Source: Rhabdaerophilum sp.
GTDB taxonomy: Bacteria; Pseudomonadota; Alphaproteobacteria; Rhizobiales; Beijerinckiaceae
Reading direction: 5' to 3'
Length of the DNA: 64,000 bases
Assembly (NCBI GenBank): GCA_051654985.1
Contig: JBOFZC010000030.1
Span: 19,920-83,919, forward strand
The translations under genes were made by a program, and so were the position numbers. Position 1 is the first letter of the stretch, and every line of letters starts with the position of its first letter. Of this stretch, positions 8,387 to 19,308 are shown piece after piece. Under the pieces are notes generated by a model that was given only the letters and a program-made list of their open reading frames with translations, was not told where the DNA came from and made no database searches.

Positions 8387-11300
8387 TCAGAAGGATTCAA
8401 GAGGCTTCGCGGCTGTCGACATGCCGGCGGCGGCCGGCTCCGAATCTCGCACCTGTGCCACGAGGCGTTCCAGCGGCTTGCGGCCATAGCGCAGGAACAG
8501 CGTCGGGGTCAGAAATGTGTCGAGGATTGTCGCAGTGACAAGACCGCCGAAAATGGTGATCGCGACCGGGTGCAGGATCTCCTTGCCGGGCGCGTAGGCG
8601 TCGATCATCAGAGGCACGAGCGCAACGCCTGCCGAGAGCGCCGTCATCAGTACAGGCGTAAGCCGCTCCAGCGAGCCGCGCATGACAAGATCGCGGCCAA
8701 ACGGCATGTTCTCATGGATCGCCAGATTGATGTAATGGCTGATCTTGAGGATACCGTTTCGGGTGGCGATGCCAGTCAGCGTGATGAAGCCGACCATGGA
8801 GGCAACGGACAATGGCTGCCCGGCGAGCCAGAGCGCCGTGACCGAGCCGATCAATGCCAGCGGTACGCTCGCCATGATGATGGCGACGAACAGCACCGAT
8901 CGATAACGCGAGTAAAGGATCGCGAAGATCATCGCGAGCGAGACGAGACTCAAGAGTCCTATTGTCCGCATGGATTCTTCTTGGGCCTGGAATGTCCCTT
9001 CCAGACTGATGAAGAAGCCCGGCGGCAGTTTGTGCGTGGCGATCAGCTGTCGGATTTGCGCGACCACTGAGGCCATATCAGCGGCTCCATCGGTGTTTGC
9101 CATAACGACGACGCGTCGTTTGCCGTTTTCGCGCAGGATCTGGTTCGGACCGTCCGTCTCTACCACATCGGCAATCTGGCGTACCGGAATCCAGCCCACG
9201 GGCGTTTCGATCAGTAGATCAGCGAGGCCCTGTGTCGTCCTTCGGTCATCCTGAAGCCGCACGACGACATCGAAACGGCGGTTGCCATCGACGATCCGCG
9301 ACACGATACGCCCGTTCGAGAGACGCTCCAGTTGCTCTGTGATAGCCCCCGGCTGCAAGCCATAGAGGGCAGCGCGGCGATAGTCGACGATCACCTCCAG
9401 CTGAGGAATGCGAACCTGCTTTTCGACCTGTAGGTCGACGATGCCGGGAACGCCGGCGAGCTTCTGGCGCAGCTCTTCGGCTAACGCGCGGATCGTGTCG
9501 AGATCCTCGCCGAATATCTTCAGAGCAATCTGCGCGCGAACGCCCGACAGCATGTGGTCGAGTCGGTGCGAGATCGGTTGCCCCATGTTGGTAGTGACCG
9601 GAAGCACCGAGAGCCGGGCGCGGATGTCGTTGACGATCTCGTTCTTGGAGCGACCATTCGGGTGCAGATCGACGTCGATCTCGGATGAATGAACGCCTTC
9701 GGCGTGCTCGTCGAGTTCGGCGCGCCCGGTGCGCCTGCCCACCAATTTCACCTCAGGCACTTCCATGATGGTCCGCTCGGCGATCAATCCGACCCGATGG
9801 CTCTCAGCGAGCGAGATGCCGGGATTGAACAGCATCGAGATTGTCAGAGTGCCCTCATTGAAGGGAGGCAGAAACGACCGTGGCAACTGGGTGGCAAAGG
9901 CACCGGCGGCGAGAACGCCAGCGAGCGCACCTGCCATCAATGCCTTGGGATGGTGGAAGGACCAATCGAGCAAGCGTCGGTTGCCGCGCTTGAGAACCCG
10001 GATGAGCAGACTCTCGTGTTCGTCCAGGCGCTTCAGGCCTGGCAGCATGTAATAGGCCATGACCGGGGTCAGCGTGATCGAGACAACAAGGCTGGCGAGA
10101 ATGGAGATGATATAGGCCTGGCCCAGCGGCGCGAAGAGCCTGCCTTCGATGCCCGACAATGCGAACAGTGGAACGAAGACCAGCACGATGATCATCGTGG
10201 CGTAGACGATGCCCGAGCGTACCTCCTGGCTCGCCGAGACGACGACATCAAAAACCGAGCGCGGATTGCCCTTCTCGCGGTTCTCACGCAGCCGCCGGAA
10301 GATGTTTTCAACATCGACCACCGCGTCGTCGACCAGTTCGCCAATAGCGATGGCGAGACCGCCCAGCGTCATCGTGTTGATCGACAGCCCCATCAGATGG
10401 AAGACGATCGCGGTGATCAGGATCGAGACCGGGATGGCAGTGAGCGAAATCGCGGTGGTGCGGACATTCAGAAGGAAGGCGAAAAGGATGATCGCCACGA
10501 CCACGATGGCTTCCAGCAGCACCTTCTGCACATTGCCGATCGATGTCTCGATGAAGCTCGCCTGCCGGAACAGCACCTGATCAGCGCGGATGCCATTGGG
10601 CAGCGTCGCGGTGATATCGCGAATTGCCTGCTCGACCTGTCCGGTCAGGCGGATGGTGTCGATGCCCGGCTGCTTCTCGACAGATACGATCACCGCCGAG
10701 CGCCCTTGAAAGCCAGCCTCGCCGCGCTTGATGCGCGCAGCGAACGACACATCGGCGACCTGCCGCAAGGCAACGGGCTGGCCTGCGACCGTCGCAACAA
10801 CGACACTGCGCAGATCGTCGAGGCTATGGGTGCGCCCGATGTTCCGGATGAGGAACTCGCGGCTGTACTGGTCGGTGAAGCCGCCGCCGGTGTTCGCGCC
10901 AAACTGGGCCAAAGCCGCTTCGATCTGCGCCTGCGTGACGCCGAGAGCGCGCATGGCGGCCGGGTTCGGCGAGACGCGGTATTGCCGCACCTCGCCGCCG
11001 ATGGGAATAACCTGCGCGACGCCGGGAATGGTGAGCAGGCGCGGGCGGATCGTGAAGTCCGCCAACTCGCGCAGGTCCATGGCCGAGACACCGTCCGGGC
11101 CCGTCACGGCGATCAACATGATCTGACCCATGATTGAATTGATGGGCCCCATCTGCGGCACAACATTCGTCGGAAGCTGAGCCTGGACGAGCGACAGGCG
11201 CTCCGCGATCTGCTGACGATTGCGGAAGATGTCCGTGCCCCAGTCGAACTCCACATAGATGATCGACAAGCCGACCCCGGACGTCGAGCGCACGCGCGTG

Positions 11301-11536
11301 ACGCCAGGAAGTCCGTTCATCTGGGTTTCGAGGGGAAAAGTGACCAATTGCTCGACCTCGGGCGGGGCGAGCCCTTCCGCCTCCGTCATGATCGTCACGG
11401 TCGGACGGTTGAGGTCCGGAAAGACGTCGACCGGCAATTTCGTGACGGTGAAGGTACCGTAGAGGACCAGCACCGCAGCGAAGGCCAGAACGAAGAGCCG
11501 GTTACGAAGCGACTGCGTGACAAGGAAGTTGAACAT
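8387..11536 (-). CDS. CusA/CzcA-family heavy-metal RND efflux permease
   Basis: 1049 aa. [41 protein letters not shown], 12-TM RND layout. Confidence 0.95.
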   Translation of the reverse strand: MFNFLVTQSLRNRLFVLAFAAVLVLYGTFTVTKLPVDVFPDLNRPTVTIMTEAEGLAPPEVEQLVTFPLETQMNGLPGVTRVRSTSGVGLSIIYVEFDWGTDIFRNRQQIAERLSLVQAQLPTNVVPQMGPINSIMGQIMLIAVTGPDGVSAMDLRELADFTIRPRLLTIPGVAQVIPIGGEVRQYRVSPNPAAMRALGVTQAQIEAALAQFGANTGGGFTDQYSREFLIRNIGRTHSLDDLRSVVVATVAGQPVALRQVADVSFAARIKRGEAGFQGRSAVIVSVEKQPGIDTIRLTGQVEQAIRDITATLPNGIRADQVLFRQASFIETSIGNVQKVLLEAIVVVAIILFAFLLNVRTTAISLTAIPVSILITAIVFHLMGLSINTMTLGGLAIAIGELVDDAVVDVENIFRRLRENREKGNPRSVFDVVVSASQEVRSGIVYATMIIVLVFVPLFALSGIEGRLFAPLGQAYIISILASLVVSITLTPVMAYYMLPGLKRLDEHESLLIRVLKRGNRRLLDWSFHHPKALMAGALAGVLAAGAFATQLPRSFLPPFNEGTLTISMLFNPGISLAESHRVGLIAERTIMEVPEVKLVGRRTGRAELDEHAEGVHSSEIDVDLHPNGRSKNEIVNDIRARLSVLPVTTNMGQPISHRLDHMLSGVRAQIALKIFGEDLDTIRALAEELRQKLAGVPGIVDLQVEKQVRIPQLEVIVDYRRAALYGLQPGAITEQLERLSNGRIVSRIVDGNRRFDVVVRLQDDRRTTQGLADLLIETPVGWIPVRQIADVVETDGPNQILRENGKRRVVVMANTDGAADMASVVAQIRQLIATHKLPPGFFISLEGTFQAQEESMRTIGLLSLVSLAMIFAILYSRYRSVLFVAIIMASVPLALIGSVTALWLAGQPLSVASMVGFITLTGIATRNGILKISHYINLAIHENMPFGRDLVMRGSLERLTPVLMTALSAGVALVPLMIDAYAPGKEILHPVAITIFGGLVTATILDTFLTPTLFLRYGRKPLERLVAQVRDSEPAAAGMSTAAKPLESF

Positions 11537-11546
11537 CGCCTGCGCC

Positions 11547-13223
11547 TCAACGGATCTGGTTCAGGAGTTCAGCGCCCTGCGTCACGATGCGCTTTCCGGC
11601 ATCGATTCCGGAAACAATCAGCACCTGATTGCCGTCGAGCGGTTCGACCCGCACTTCGCGCGGCAGGAAGCGCTCGGCGTTGGTATGTTCATAGACGATG
11701 GATTGGCCATTAGGACCGCGCAGGACGCTGGTCCGAGGAACGGCGATACCCTTGCGCTCATCACTGGTGGAAGCGAGCACGGTGAGTAGCTGGCCCGCCC
11801 GAAGGCCACGCGATTCCCCTTCTACACTGAACTGGATCGGAATGGCCTGATTGCGGTCGGCCAGTCCCGAACCGCGATAGGAGAGCGGCACCGTCCGTCC
11901 GTCACCGAAACGCCCATTGGCTGAGCCATTGATGGCATGCGCCTCGAAACTTAGCGCTTCCACCCAGAAGCGCGAGGGATCGACGATCTGGAAGATGATC
12001 GCGTTCGGCTCCGCGATTTGACCTGCGATTGCCTGAACCGCGGCGATTACGCCCGAAACCGGGGCGACGAGCTTTTCGGGCTCGCGCGGAGCACGTTCGA
12101 GATTGCCACGCCTCGCGCGCAGACCTTGCAGTTCCAGCTCTGCATCTTCGATCTGAGACCGAGCGACCACGTTCTGAATTTGCCGAAACCGTTCCAGTCG
12201 CCGCTCGGCGATCGCGATCTGCTGGTCTAGTTCTCGTGACTGTTGCTGTTGGCTGGTAACGTCGGCGGCCCCGATCGCGGGTTGGACGAGGGCAAGAACG
12301 TCTCCGGCCGTGACGCGTGTTCCCAATCGCGGAAAACCGCCGGGTGGTGGGGCAAGCCGCCCGGCCACCGATGCCTGGACATAGCCCGCTGCACTCGGAT
12401 CCGAGATGACGCGGGCGGGAAGCTCCACAGTTCCCGAGAAAGTTCGAGACTCGGTGAACAGCGTCCGGATGCCGAGAATACGCTGCGTCGTCTTCGGAAC
12501 AAAGATCGCTCCGTCGGCAAATCGCTGCGCCACATCTCGCTCTGCGATCGCGGAAGCTGGAGCCGAAGGACTGGCGGCGTCAGATGGCGCGGTGTTGAGC
12601 ACGAGCAGTGTCGCAAGTATGGCAATGGAGGCCGTGCGCGCCCTTCGGCGAAATAGTCCGGAAACAATGAGGCCGACCAGGAAAGCGCCACCGCCAACCA
12701 CCCACAGGCCTGCATCTCTCGTCGCGAGCCGCGACTGAATGTCCTGCGCCCAGGCTGCGCCGATGACCGCGTTCCAAAGACTGGTTGTTCCAACGGGCGG
12801 CGCGGCCGGCTCAGGAATGGTGAGTGTGGCTGTCAGAATATCGATCGTCCCCTTGGCCTGAACAGTAAATGCAAGGTCGTAACCGCCGGGCCGCGCCAGC
12901 CACGGCGCGTCGATCGTGTAGGCGCCGTCTGGTGTTGCCGATACCTTGACGGTGCCGCCGGGACCATCGACTTCGATGTCCGCATCGTTGACAGGCTCGT
13001 TGCCCCGAAATGTATCGATGTAAATTCTCAGTTTCCCGCTTCGCGCGATTGCTACAAGTTCGAAATCCGCGGACGATGCATCTGCTCGTGGCGCAATCGT
13101 CAAGGATACCGGCGGTGGCGGTGCACCGTGATCATGCCCCTCGTGAGCGGTGGCAAGCGAGGCTCCGACGAGCGCAGCCAGTACCGTAAGAACCCGGCAA
13201 TAAATTGAAAACTTGGAGGTCAT
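11547..13223 (-). CDS. RND periplasmic adaptor with N-terminal His-rich extension
   Basis: AHEGHDHG after a signal peptide, internal TM segment, then a membrane-fusion domain ([11 protein letters not shown]...APVSGVI...[10 protein letters not shown]). Start inferred at 13223, not the longer ORF start. Confidence 0.88.
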   Translation of the reverse strand: MTSKFSIYCRVLTVLAALVGASLATAHEGHDHGAPPPPVSLTIAPRADASSADFELVAIARSGKLRIYIDTFRGNEPVNDADIEVDGPGGTVKVSATPDGAYTIDAPWLARPGGYDLAFTVQAKGTIDILTATLTIPEPAAPPVGTTSLWNAVIGAAWAQDIQSRLATRDAGLWVVGGGAFLVGLIVSGLFRRRARTASIAILATLLVLNTAPSDAASPSAPASAIAERDVAQRFADGAIFVPKTTQRILGIRTLFTESRTFSGTVELPARVISDPSAAGYVQASVAGRLAPPPGGFPRLGTRVTAGDVLALVQPAIGAADVTSQQQQSRELDQQIAIAERRLERFRQIQNVVARSQIEDAELELQGLRARRGNLERAPREPEKLVAPVSGVIAAVQAIAGQIAEPNAIIFQIVDPSRFWVEALSFEAHAINGSANGRFGDGRTVPLSYRGSGLADRNQAIPIQFSVEGESRGLRAGQLLTVLASTSDERKGIAVPRTSVLRGPNGQSIVYEHTNAERFLPREVRVEPLDGNQVLIVSGIDAGKRIVTQGAELLNQIR

Positions 13224-13280
13224 TTCGGCCCTGTCGACAGATTGCGTCAGTTTGATCTTACTGATCGCTCTCTCCGAAAA

Positions 13281-13307
13281 CATTTCGGCTTTGTAACAGT
13301 TTGTTTC
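13281..13307 (-). promoter_or_regulatory. Tripartite direct-repeat box, copy 2
   Basis: Minus strand GAAACA-N4-GTTACA-N5-GAAATG, 58 bp upstream of the adaptor ATG. Confidence 0.65.
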
Positions 13308-14670
13308 AGGGAACTGATCGTTGCTTCGGCAAAGCGATGGAAACGATAAGGCCGCCTTCGGCATGGTTCGTGAACGATAGGCTCCCACCGTGCCCCTCAA
13401 TGATCGCCTGCGCAATGGTGAGGCCCAGTCCGAAGCCGCCGGTCTCCTGATTGCGCGACGGTTCGAGGCGCACGAAAGGTGACAGCGCGCGCTCAACATC
13501 ATCGGGCGCGATTCCTGGCCCGTGATCCCGAATGCTCACGATGGTGGAGCTGGGATTATCCTCGACGATCACCTGCGCTTGGCGACCATACTTGACCGCA
13601 TTGTCGATCAGATTGCCAAACGCCCGTTTCAATGCGAGCCGTCTGCCAGGAATTCTCGCATTGCCGATGCCCTCGAGCGAAACCGCAAGCCCACGATCGG
13701 AAGCATCATCCGTGATCGTTTTGAGGACCGCGACGATATCAATTGGCTTGATCTCCTCATCAGTCCGATCGCCGCGCAGATAGGCGAGCGTCTGATCCAG
13801 CATTCGTTCCATCTCATCGAGATCAGCCGCAATGGCAGTCCGCGTATCCAGCTCTGCCATGTCTTCGATCCTGAACCGAAGCCGTGTGATCGGTGTCTTC
13901 AGATCATGCGAGACCGCCGCCAGCGCCTGAGTGCGATCATCGATCAAGCGGCCAATCCGTCGCTGCATATCATTGAATGCGACCGCGAGAGCGCGAACCT
14001 CACGTGGCCCGATTTCCGGTACGAGGAATGCCTTCTTGTTCTTATAAAGCTCCTTAGAGGCCTTTACGAAGCCTGTTAGCGGCCGGGTGAGCCAACCGAC
14101 CAGAAGGACCGATACAATGATCGCCCCCAGCGCCATCAATGTTGTCGACAGAAGCGTTCCGTGACCGGCGGAGACGCGCGGGTTCCATGCAACGAGGCTG
14201 ACATTGATCCAAGATTGGTCGGGCAGACGGATGGAGATCAGAGCAAGGTGCGGGTCGTCGACAACACGTCGGTTTGCACCGATCACAAGGCCGTCGTCGG
14301 CGATTTCGGGGGCGATGTCCCGCAGACGTCGGCCTAACGCTTCCCACTCGCCAGCACCAGGCCCTCCTGCGAATGCATGTTCTGTCCGGCTCCAGTGTGC
14401 CTCAATAGGCCCACCAGACATATCATGGGCGAGTGTCTCGCGTTCCTGTTCCGGAACCCGCATCACCGACCGTTTAATCGCGATAAGCTGGTCAGCCAAC
14501 CTTGTTTCATTCGCCAAACTAAGTTCACGTGTCAGGCTATGCTGGTAGGTCCAAAGGCTTGCGATATGCACGAGGCCAATTCCGATCAGCACGACGAGCG
14601 TTGTCCGTAGGGCAAGGCTATCGATGCGCCGCAAAAAAGCGGTGATTGCGTTTAGCTGTCTTTCACCCAC
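13306..14670 (-). CDS. Sensor histidine kinase (EnvZ-like, HAMP-HisKA-HATPase)
   Basis: AVSHDLKTPITRL, NLIDNAVKYG, DHGPGI, GGFGLGL. GTG start overlapping the regulator stop (inferred). Confidence 0.93.
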   Translation of the reverse strand: MGERQLNAITAFLRRIDSLALRTTLVVLIGIGLVHIASLWTYQHSLTRELSLANETRLADQLIAIKRSVMRVPEQERETLAHDMSGGPIEAHWSRTEHAFAGGPGAGEWEALGRRLRDIAPEIADDGLVIGANRRVVDDPHLALISIRLPDQSWINVSLVAWNPRVSAGHGTLLSTTLMALGAIIVSVLLVGWLTRPLTGFVKASKELYKNKKAFLVPEIGPREVRALAVAFNDMQRRIGRLIDDRTQALAAVSHDLKTPITRLRFRIEDMAELDTRTAIAADLDEMERMLDQTLAYLRGDRTDEEIKPIDIVAVLKTITDDASDRGLAVSLEGIGNARIPGRRLALKRAFGNLIDNAVKYGRQAQVIVEDNPSSTIVSIRDHGPGIAPDDVERALSPFVRLEPSRNQETGGFGLGLTIAQAIIEGHGGSLSFTNHAEGGLIVSIALPKQRSVP

Positions 14671-15421
14671 GGATGACGTCCGCCGCGAAGAGATAACCGA
14701 CACCTCGCACTGTCTTGATGAGATCGTCGACGCCGTCGAGCTTGCGACGGAGACGGCTGATTTGCACATCAATGGAGCGGTCGAATACGTCAATCGATCG
14801 ATTCCGCGCCGCATCAAGGAGAAACTCCCGCGTAAGGACCCGTTGAGGTGCCTCCAGAAACGCGAGCAAGAGGTCATATTCGCCGGTCGACAAATCAACC
14901 ACAACGCCGCGCGGATCCATCAGTTCACGCTTGAGGGTATCGAGGCGCCAGCCAGTGAATTGAATGACCCGACCGCCTCGTTCGCCGGTTTGCTGATCCT
15001 GGGACCGAACGCGCCTTAACACAGCGTTGATCCGGGCGAGCAACTCCCGGGGATTGAAGGGCTTCGCGAGATAATCGTCCGCGCCTACTTCAAGCCCAAT
15101 GATGCGATCTGTCTCCTCACCCTTGGCCGTCAGCATGATAACGGGAATCATCGATGTACGACGCAAATCGCGGCATAGATCAAGGCCGCTCCGCCCAGGT
15201 AACATCAGATCCAACACGATCAGGTCGATTGCAGCGTGTTTAAGGGCTTCGTTCATTTCTGCGCCGCTACGCGCGGTATGAACCCGAAATCCGTTAGCGC
15301 GAAGAAATTTGGCGACGAGAGAAAGGATTTCGCCGTCATCATCGACGACAAGAACTTCGAATGACGATGGCAATGGGCCCTTGATGGGCTGCGCTTCTTG
15401 AGCGAGATCACGACTCATCAT
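14663..15421 (-). CDS. OmpR-family response regulator
   Basis: VLVVDDD, LIVLDLMLPG, MLTAKG, DDYLAKPF, winged-helix DRSIDVQISRLRRK...TVRGVGY. Confidence 0.95.
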   Translation of the reverse strand: MMSRDLAQEAQPIKGPLPSSFEVLVVDDDGEILSLVAKFLRANGFRVHTARSGAEMNEALKHAAIDLIVLDLMLPGRSGLDLCRDLRRTSMIPVIMLTAKGEETDRIIGLEVGADDYLAKPFNPRELLARINAVLRRVRSQDQQTGERGGRVIQFTGWRLDTLKRELMDPRGVVVDLSTGEYDLLLAFLEAPQRVLTREFLLDAARNRSIDVFDRSIDVQISRLRRKLDGVDDLIKTVRGVGYLFAADVIRG

Positions 15422-15450
15422 TCGACCCTGCAACTGCGCGGCTTCATCGT

Positions 15451-15477
15451 TGTTTCGACATTGTAACAGATCATTTC
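15451..15477 (-). promoter_or_regulatory. Tripartite direct-repeat box, copy 3
   Basis: Minus strand GAAATG-N4-GTTACA-N5-GAAACA, 30 bp upstream of the regulator ATG. Confidence 0.65.
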
Positions 15478-15711
15478 AGTCGGCTCGACATCCAGCGTGT
15501 GTTGGCCTATCTGGAAAGTCGCAGCCGACTCTCGAGTTGGCGCTGTCCTTTATTGCTCAGCGCCGCCCCCGACGACAGCTTGAAGTGAAAGTAAGCTGTC
15601 GGGATACGTTATCGTCTGACGTCCAGACGCAACCATGAGAGCGCGCCTGTCGAGGAGGCGGGACATGGTTCTGGCAGCTGCCGTTTCTCTAGAGCCAAGG
15701 GAAGCCGGCAT

Positions 15712-16578
15712 TCAGCCTGTGGCCTTCATGATGGCAGACAGGCAAGCCCGGGCAGGCGCCGTCTGCGGCAAGCTCGCCTGGGTGACCAGCCAGATATGCT
15801 TGTGAAGTTCGGTATTGGCGATCCGCAGCGCCACGAGGTGGCCCTGCTCCAGTTCGTCCAGCACCGCCGCCCTCAGGACAATCGAAATTCCCCGGCCCGC
15901 TCGAACGGCCCTTTTGACGGCTTCGGTGCTGGCGAGATGCTCCGTGACCCGTAACTGATCGGCGATTGGTCCGAGTGCTTCCCTAAGCACGCGGCCGGTA
16001 CCACTCCCGCGCTCTCCGCCGAGCAGGGGCTCGGCCAAGAGATCGTTGACATCAATCCACTGGCGCGAAGCCCAGGCGTGAGCGGTCGATACTATTACGA
16101 CCAGGTCCTCGCGGCGCCAGACCACAGCCTCGAATCCTGGTCGCTCGTCCCACCATTCCAGTGCGGCCAAGTCCGCTTCGCCACGCTCGAGCCGGTCGAC
16201 GGCATCATGATTGGGCCCAATCCAGTTATGGACGCCGATCCCGCTTGCGGTTTGGAATGCTGCGATCGGATCTTGCAAGAGATACACGCCGACATTGCTG
16301 GCGGAGGCAATTCTTAGATGGTCCCCGGCAACAACCGCATGGACCCGCTCGGCGGTCGCCAAGAGCGAGCGGCCCAGAGGGAGGAGCCTCTCGCCCTGCC
16401 GGGTCAGCAAGGCTCCGGCAGATCGACGCGTGAGGAGCGGGGCCGCAAGGGTTTCTTCCAGTTGGCGAATATGATCGAGAATGGTCGAGGCCGAGACTCC
16501 GAGCGCCCGCGCAGCCGCTCTATATGTGCCATGTTCACAGACCGTGACGAAGGAACGGACATGAACAAGGTTCAGCAT
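15712..16578 (-). CDS. ptxE: LysR-family regulator of the ptx operon
   Basis: N-terminal LysR HTH, CysL/CbbR-like effector domain, overlaps the ptxD stop. Confidence 0.88.
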   Translation of the reverse strand: MLNLVHVRSFVTVCEHGTYRAAARALGVSASTILDHIRQLEETLAAPLLTRRSAGALLTRQGERLLPLGRSLLATAERVHAVVAGDHLRIASASNVGVYLLQDPIAAFQTASGIGVHNWIGPNHDAVDRLERGEADLAALEWWDERPGFEAVVWRREDLVVIVSTAHAWASRQWIDVNDLLAEPLLGGERGSGTGRVLREALGPIADQLRVTEHLASTEAVKRAVRAGRGISIVLRAAVLDELEQGHLVALRIANTELHKHIWLVTQASLPQTAPARACLSAIMKATG

Positions 16579-17579
16579 TTTTTGTGCAATCGTTCGAGCG
16601 GAGTGACAAGCCCATCCGGCACTTCGCCTGACAAGGCCTGAACGATGCTCCGAGCGGCGGCGCCTTCAATCAACCGTCGCGCAGACACCGTCGCGGAACC
16701 AATATGCGGGGTCAGCACGGTGCGCGCACCCGGCCGGCGCAAACTTTGGTCGATCTGAGGGGGGCGATCGTCCCGCGCCCAGTCTTCGAAAGCAAACACA
16801 TCCGCCGCGTAGCCGCCCAGATATCCGGCTTCGAGAGCATCGGCAACAGCGGTCTCATCGACAAGCGATCCGCGTGCGGGATTGATCAAGAGCGCTCCAC
16901 GCTTCATCCGCGTCAGTTCCGCTGGCCCGATCAAGCCAGCCGTCTCCCCCGTCAGCGGGAGAGCCAGAAAGACGAAATCCGACGCCTCAAGCAGATGTTC
17001 TGGTGTAACAAATCTGACCTGCGGTGCGGTTTCGACCACGGCGCTTAAGTCACTCGCGAGTATTGAACAGCCGAAGCCGGCAAGCTGTCGCGCGATCGCC
17101 TGCCCCACCTTCCCGAACCCGAGAATGCCAACACTGGAGCCATGCAGGCCGACACCATAATGATTGGGACGCCACCCGTAGAACGCACCGCCCCGGATTA
17201 GCGCATCGCCTTCCAGAACACGACGGCCAAGTGCGATTGCAAGGCCGATCGCGAGTTCGGCGGTTGGTTCGGTCAAGAGATCGGGAACGATCGTCACCAT
17301 CACGCCGCGCTGCGCTGCGGCTAGGATGTCAATATTGTCATAGCCCTTGAGCGCAGCGCCGATTATTCGAAGTTCGGGGCATGCGTCGAGAAACTCTGCA
17401 TCGATCCGGTCCGTCATGAAAGCCATCAGACCATTGGCATTGCGCGCTTCTTCCAGAAGCCGGGCACGCGGCCACGGCTCCGCGTCATCATTGGCGATGA
17501 TGCGCATGCGATCTTCGAAAACCGCGCGTGTTTCGGGAAAGGTCCGATTGGTCAGGACGACCCGTGGAAGGTCAGGCAT
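16572..17579 (-). CDS. ptxD: NAD-dependent phosphite dehydrogenase
   Basis: MAFMTDRID...ALKGYDNID, DLLTEPTAELAIGL, GFGKVG, NPARGSLVDE, DVFAFEDWAR, TPHIGSA: D-2-hydroxyacid dehydrogenase fold with the PtxD catalytic R/E/H. Confidence 0.93.
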   Translation of the reverse strand: MPDLPRVVLTNRTFPETRAVFEDRMRIIANDDAEPWPRARLLEEARNANGLMAFMTDRIDAEFLDACPELRIIGAALKGYDNIDILAAAQRGVMVTIVPDLLTEPTAELAIGLAIALGRRVLEGDALIRGGAFYGWRPNHYGVGLHGSSVGILGFGKVGQAIARQLAGFGCSILASDLSAVVETAPQVRFVTPEHLLEASDFVFLALPLTGETAGLIGPAELTRMKRGALLINPARGSLVDETAVADALEAGYLGGYAADVFAFEDWARDDRPPQIDQSLRRPGARTVLTPHIGSATVSARRLIEGAAARSIVQALSGEVPDGLVTPLERLHKKC

Positions 17580-17606
17580 TTCGTCAATTCCAGCTCAAAG
17601 CCCTTG

Positions 17607-18410
17607 TCACTTCAACGATTTGCGCAGGAATGCGCCGATCGAGTCGACAACAAGCACGCATGCGAGGATCGACAGCAGGATCGCCGACACCTGATCATAA
17701 TTGAGCAGCCGCAATGCTGCCATTAACTCGAAGCCAATTCCCCCGGCCCCGACAATGCCCAGGACTGCCGAGGCGCGGAAATGATACTCCCAGCGATAGA
17801 TCGTCACGTCCGTCAGTTGCGGCAGGACTTGCGGCAGAACAGCGTGTGTAATCACCTGAAACGGGCTGGCACCTGCCGCGCGGGCTGCCTCGAGCGGTTT
17901 CGGGTCAACGTGTTCGATGGCTTCGGCATAGAACTTCCCGACCATACCGACCGAGTGGAGCGCCAGTGCAAGCACGCCGGGCAGCGCGCCAAATCCGACC
18001 GCCGCAACAAACAGGACGCCCAGAATAATCTCGGGCACCGACCTAAGGAACGCGAGTATGGTGCGAGTGACGAAATAGACGGCGGTATGAGGGCTTGTGT
18101 TCGGTGCCGCGAGCAATGCCAGCGGCAGCGAGAGGATAACGGCGAGCGCGGTGCCCGCAATCGACATGGCGAGCGTGTCGAAAAGCGGCCGAAGCCAAGT
18201 CCGCCAACGGCCAAAGTCCGGCGGAACCATCTCCGAGGCGAGTTGCTGGATGGCTGGACCCGCTTCCGCAAAGCGCTGAGCATCAAAAAAGCCTGTCACC
18301 GCCAGCGCGGCCACAGCGATGCAAATGATCGCCCCAACGATCAGGATGCCGCGCCGTGCGGCCTTTCCCTCGGCAACGAGCACAGATTCATAGAATGCGG
18401 CGCGGCTCAT
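17607..18410 (-). CDS. ptxC: Phosphite ABC transporter permease (PhnE-like)
   Basis: RSVPEIILG...GKFYAEAIE...YRWEYHFRASAVLGIVGAGGIG. Confidence 0.92.
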   Translation of the reverse strand: MSRAAFYESVLVAEGKAARRGILIVGAIICIAVAALAVTGFFDAQRFAEAGPAIQQLASEMVPPDFGRWRTWLRPLFDTLAMSIAGTALAVILSLPLALLAAPNTSPHTAVYFVTRTILAFLRSVPEIILGVLFVAAVGFGALPGVLALALHSVGMVGKFYAEAIEHVDPKPLEAARAAGASPFQVITHAVLPQVLPQLTDVTIYRWEYHFRASAVLGIVGAGGIGFELMAALRLLNYDQVSAILLSILACVLVVDSIGAFLRKSLK

Positions 18411-18414
18411 CCGA

Positions 18415-19284
18415 TCAACCCAGCTTTGCGATGTCGAGTTCAAGCACTTTCGCCATGTCGCGAAGGACGTCGTAGTCCTTGTCCGTGGCGGCGGCGAGGC
18501 CCTCGACTCTAAAGAGTTTGAGGATCAATGGATCATTGAGTTCGAGGAACGCTTTCCGGATCTCCACCTTGAGTTCGGGCTTGAGATAGCCCTGCAAGGT
18601 CATGGGATAATTTGGGATTGGATCAGAGAGGCCCAGCTGGATCACCTTTGTCGCATCAACCTTCTTGCCATCGACGAGGCTCCGGAAAATGGGCTCGGAA
18701 AGCGCTCCGGCCGGCACCTGTCCCGCTGCCACTGCGCGCGCGACCGCATCGTGCTTGCCGAGATGGACTACCTTGTAATCCTTGTCTCCGATAAGGCCTG
18801 CCTTGGCAAGAAAAGCGCGCGGAGCGAGATGGCTGGAGGTTGAAGCCTGATCGCCGAAAGCGAAGGGTTTGCCGCGTATATCGGCGACTGTCTTCACCGG
18901 ACCGTTCGCATTCGCGATGAGGATGGACTGGTAATTCGCCTTGCCACGCTCGACGCCAACGGCGAACGGCTCAATCTCCGGCGCCTTGGACTTGGCAAGC
19001 ACATAGGAGAACGGGCCAAAATACGCGACTTCGATCCGTCCAAATCGCATGGCCTCGATCATCGATGAATAATCTGTCGTCACAATGATGTCGACGGCCT
19101 TCCCGAGAGCCTTTTCGAGATAGGCCTTAAGCGGCTGGGCATTCTGGATGATCGTTGACGCATTCTCGTCTGGCAGAAGCGCGACGCGCAGCTTGTCCGG
19201 ATTTGACTTGTCGGCATGCGCTGGCAACACGCCAGCCGCTAATGTCACGCTGGCGGACAGGAAAAGAAAGTCGCGGCGGTTCAT
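18415..19284 (-). CDS. ptxB: Phosphite ABC transporter substrate-binding protein (PhnD-like)
   Basis: RRDFL Tat-like signal, LLPDENASTII, TTDYSSMIEAMRFGRIEVAYFGPFSY, STSSHL, KHDAV. Confidence 0.92.
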   Translation of the reverse strand: MNRRDFLFLSASVTLAAGVLPAHADKSNPDKLRVALLPDENASTIIQNAQPLKAYLEKALGKAVDIIVTTDYSSMIEAMRFGRIEVAYFGPFSYVLAKSKAPEIEPFAVGVERGKANYQSILIANANGPVKTVADIRGKPFAFGDQASTSSHLAPRAFLAKAGLIGDKDYKVVHLGKHDAVARAVAAGQVPAGALSEPIFRSLVDGKKVDATKVIQLGLSDPIPNYPMTLQGYLKPELKVEIRKAFLELNDPLILKLFRVEGLAAATDKDYDVLRDMAKVLELDIAKLG

Positions 19285-19308
19285 AGGATGCTCCATTGGC
19301 GGTAGGGA

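Noticed and set aside
8570-11137. Long plus-strand ORFs (e.g. 9689-11137)
   Set aside because: Shadow frames of the GC-rich RND gene, with no motifs or RBS.
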